In this document: positions 24,591 through 25,636 of the stretch, piece after piece
How positions within the stretch are numbered: position 1 is the first letter of the stretch
Layout of the letters: every line of letters starts with the position of its first letter
Assembly (NCBI GenBank): GCA_027325475.1
Contig: DAIEFO010000002.1
Span: 1-25,636 of the forward strand
Direction of reading: 5' to 3'
Origin: Desulfobacteraceae bacterium
Lineage (GTDB): Bacteria; Desulfobacterota; Desulfobacteria; Desulfobacterales; Desulfatirhabdiaceae
Length of the DNA: 25,636 bases
The notes under the pieces: generated by a model
What the model was told of the DNA's origin: nothing
Databases searched by the model: none
The model's input: the letters and a program-made list of their open reading frames with translations, nothing else
Position numbers and translations under genes: made by a program

Positions 24591-24744
24591 GGCGCTCTTG
24601 TAAAAAGTTGATTTGGCGACGGTTTTGTAAAAAATTGCGCAGGCAAGGCACGCAAATTCGCAAGGAACACGGCGTACTTATGGTACGCCGTGGCGTCGGA
24701 ACATGCAGCGCTGGCGCGGCATCCGGACTTTTTACGAAGCCGCC
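24591..24744 (+). repeat. Leader plus diverged full TIR element between gctA and gctB
   Basis: Leader 24591-24617; core 24618-24744, GACGGTTTTGTAAAAAAT...ACTTTTTACGAAGCCGCC, with 10-bp hairpin CACGGCGTAC/GTACGCCGTG. Confidence 0.85.
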
Positions 24745-24769
24745 GGGCTTCGACGGGGAGGTGAAAACG

Positions 24770-25531
24770 ATGGAATACACATTGAAAGAACTGATGACGA
24801 TTATGGCGGCAAGAGAAATTCAGGATGACGATATCGTCTTTTGCGGCACTGGAATTTCCATGGTTGCGGCCATGGCCGCCAAACATATCAATGCTCCGAA
24901 CAGTATCATTTTTTTCGAAACAGGAGCTATCGATTCAAGGCTTGAAGAGGTGCCCATGGCGGTTGCAGATCCGCGAGTGATGTTCGGGGCTGCATCCAAC
25001 AGTGGTTTACTGGAGTCTTTTGCAACCATGCAGAACCAAATCACGGGCGGTCGCGTCATCGGTATATTGGGTGCAGCTCAAGTCGATAAATACGGAAATC
25101 TGAATTCCACCTGTATCGGTGATTATTTTCAGCCTCAGATTCGTTTCTCCGGAAGTGGGGGCGCCTGCGATGTCGCATCATTTGTGCCCAGATGCCTCAT
25201 TTTCATGCAGCACGAAAAGCGAAAATTCCCCATTATGCTGGATTATCTGACCAGTCCAGGCTATTTGGACGGCCCCGGCGCCAGAGAAAACGCAGGACTG
25301 ATGTCTGGTGGCCCAACAGCAGTCATCACCAATCTGGGGGTGATGTATTTTGACCATGACACCAAAGAAATGTATCTGGCATATTATTATCCGGGAGTTT
25401 CCCCTCAAACGATTCTCGACAACATGGAATTTGGGGTAGATATTTCGCGTGCGAAAGAAGCGGAATCACCGACAGAGCATGAGTTGAAAATCCTGCGGGA
25501 AACCGTCGATCCCCACAAATTGATTCTTTAG
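24770..25531 (+). CDS. gctB: Family I CoA-transferase subunit B, glutaconate CoA-transferase-like
   Basis: Start moved to ATG 24770 (GGAGG RBS). Catalytic Glu in IIFFETG; AQVDKYGNLNSTCIGDY..P..RFSGSGGA, MQHEKRKF, DYLTSPG, MYLAYYYP. Confidence 0.87.
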   Translation: MEYTLKELMTIMAAREIQDDDIVFCGTGISMVAAMAAKHINAPNSIIFFETGAIDSRLEEVPMAVADPRVMFGAASNSGLLESFATMQNQITGGRVIGILGAAQVDKYGNLNSTCIGDYFQPQIRFSGSGGACDVASFVPRCLIFMQHEKRKFPIMLDYLTSPGYLDGPGARENAGLMSGGPTAVITNLGVMYFDHDTKEMYLAYYYPGVSPQTILDNMEFGVDISRAKEAESPTEHELKILRETVDPHKLIL

Positions 25532-25636
25532 TCGATCTTTATGCTGGATATGCGGATGTCTGGCCTGATAAGAGCGGGGAAACAGTCTATATGTTCTCCC
25601 TGAATCCGTGGCGCACATCAGGAATAACTTACGCAG

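Noticed and set aside
6496-24744. The dispersed repeats as a CRISPR array or tRNA genes
   Set aside because: Copies are kilobases apart with no repeat-spacer periodicity, no cas genes, and no cloverleaf, T-loop or CCA features.
24608-24769. N-terminal ORF extensions of gctB, the bEBP (16249) and livH (19950) as repeat-derived protein fusions
   Set aside because: Each gene has a downstream ATG at the family-typical start (with a clear RBS for gctB and the bEBP); the frames through the repeat are not consistent among copies.

Overview
Window from a probable sulfate-reducing or syntrophic deltaproteobacterium (Desulfobacterota; inferred from the DsrC-fold protein, Mop-type enzyme, several sigma54 promoters and the repeat family). 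Left part (1-6310, minus strand): a phosphonate uptake and C-P lyase operon, phnD-phnC-phnE-phnE-GNAT(phnO-like)-phnG-H-I-J, with phnJ running off the edge and a Pho-box-like repeat upstream. The rest looks like one catabolic island around a PAS/sigma54 enhancer-binding protein: Mop-type Mo aldehyde oxidoreductase + TusE-like sulfur carrier + cysteine-desulfurase-family enzyme; a ~1050-aa fungal/protist-type NAD-glutamate dehydrogenase; gabT-like omega-amino acid transaminase; a Liv-type ABC importer; and a glutaconate-CoA-transferase-like gctAB pair. Four well-spaced -24/-12 promoters and two matching TATGCA-N4-TGCATA palindromes tie most of these units together. By inference this is an anaerobic omega-amino-acid (5-aminovalerate/GABA-like) degradation route in which a Mo hydroxylase replaces the usual NAD semialdehyde dehydrogenase. 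A structured ~125-155 bp non-coding repeat with terminal inverted repeats occurs in several intergenic regions. No rRNA, tRNA, CRISPR array or transposase was seen. All homology calls are from motif recognition and recalled sequences, not database searches.
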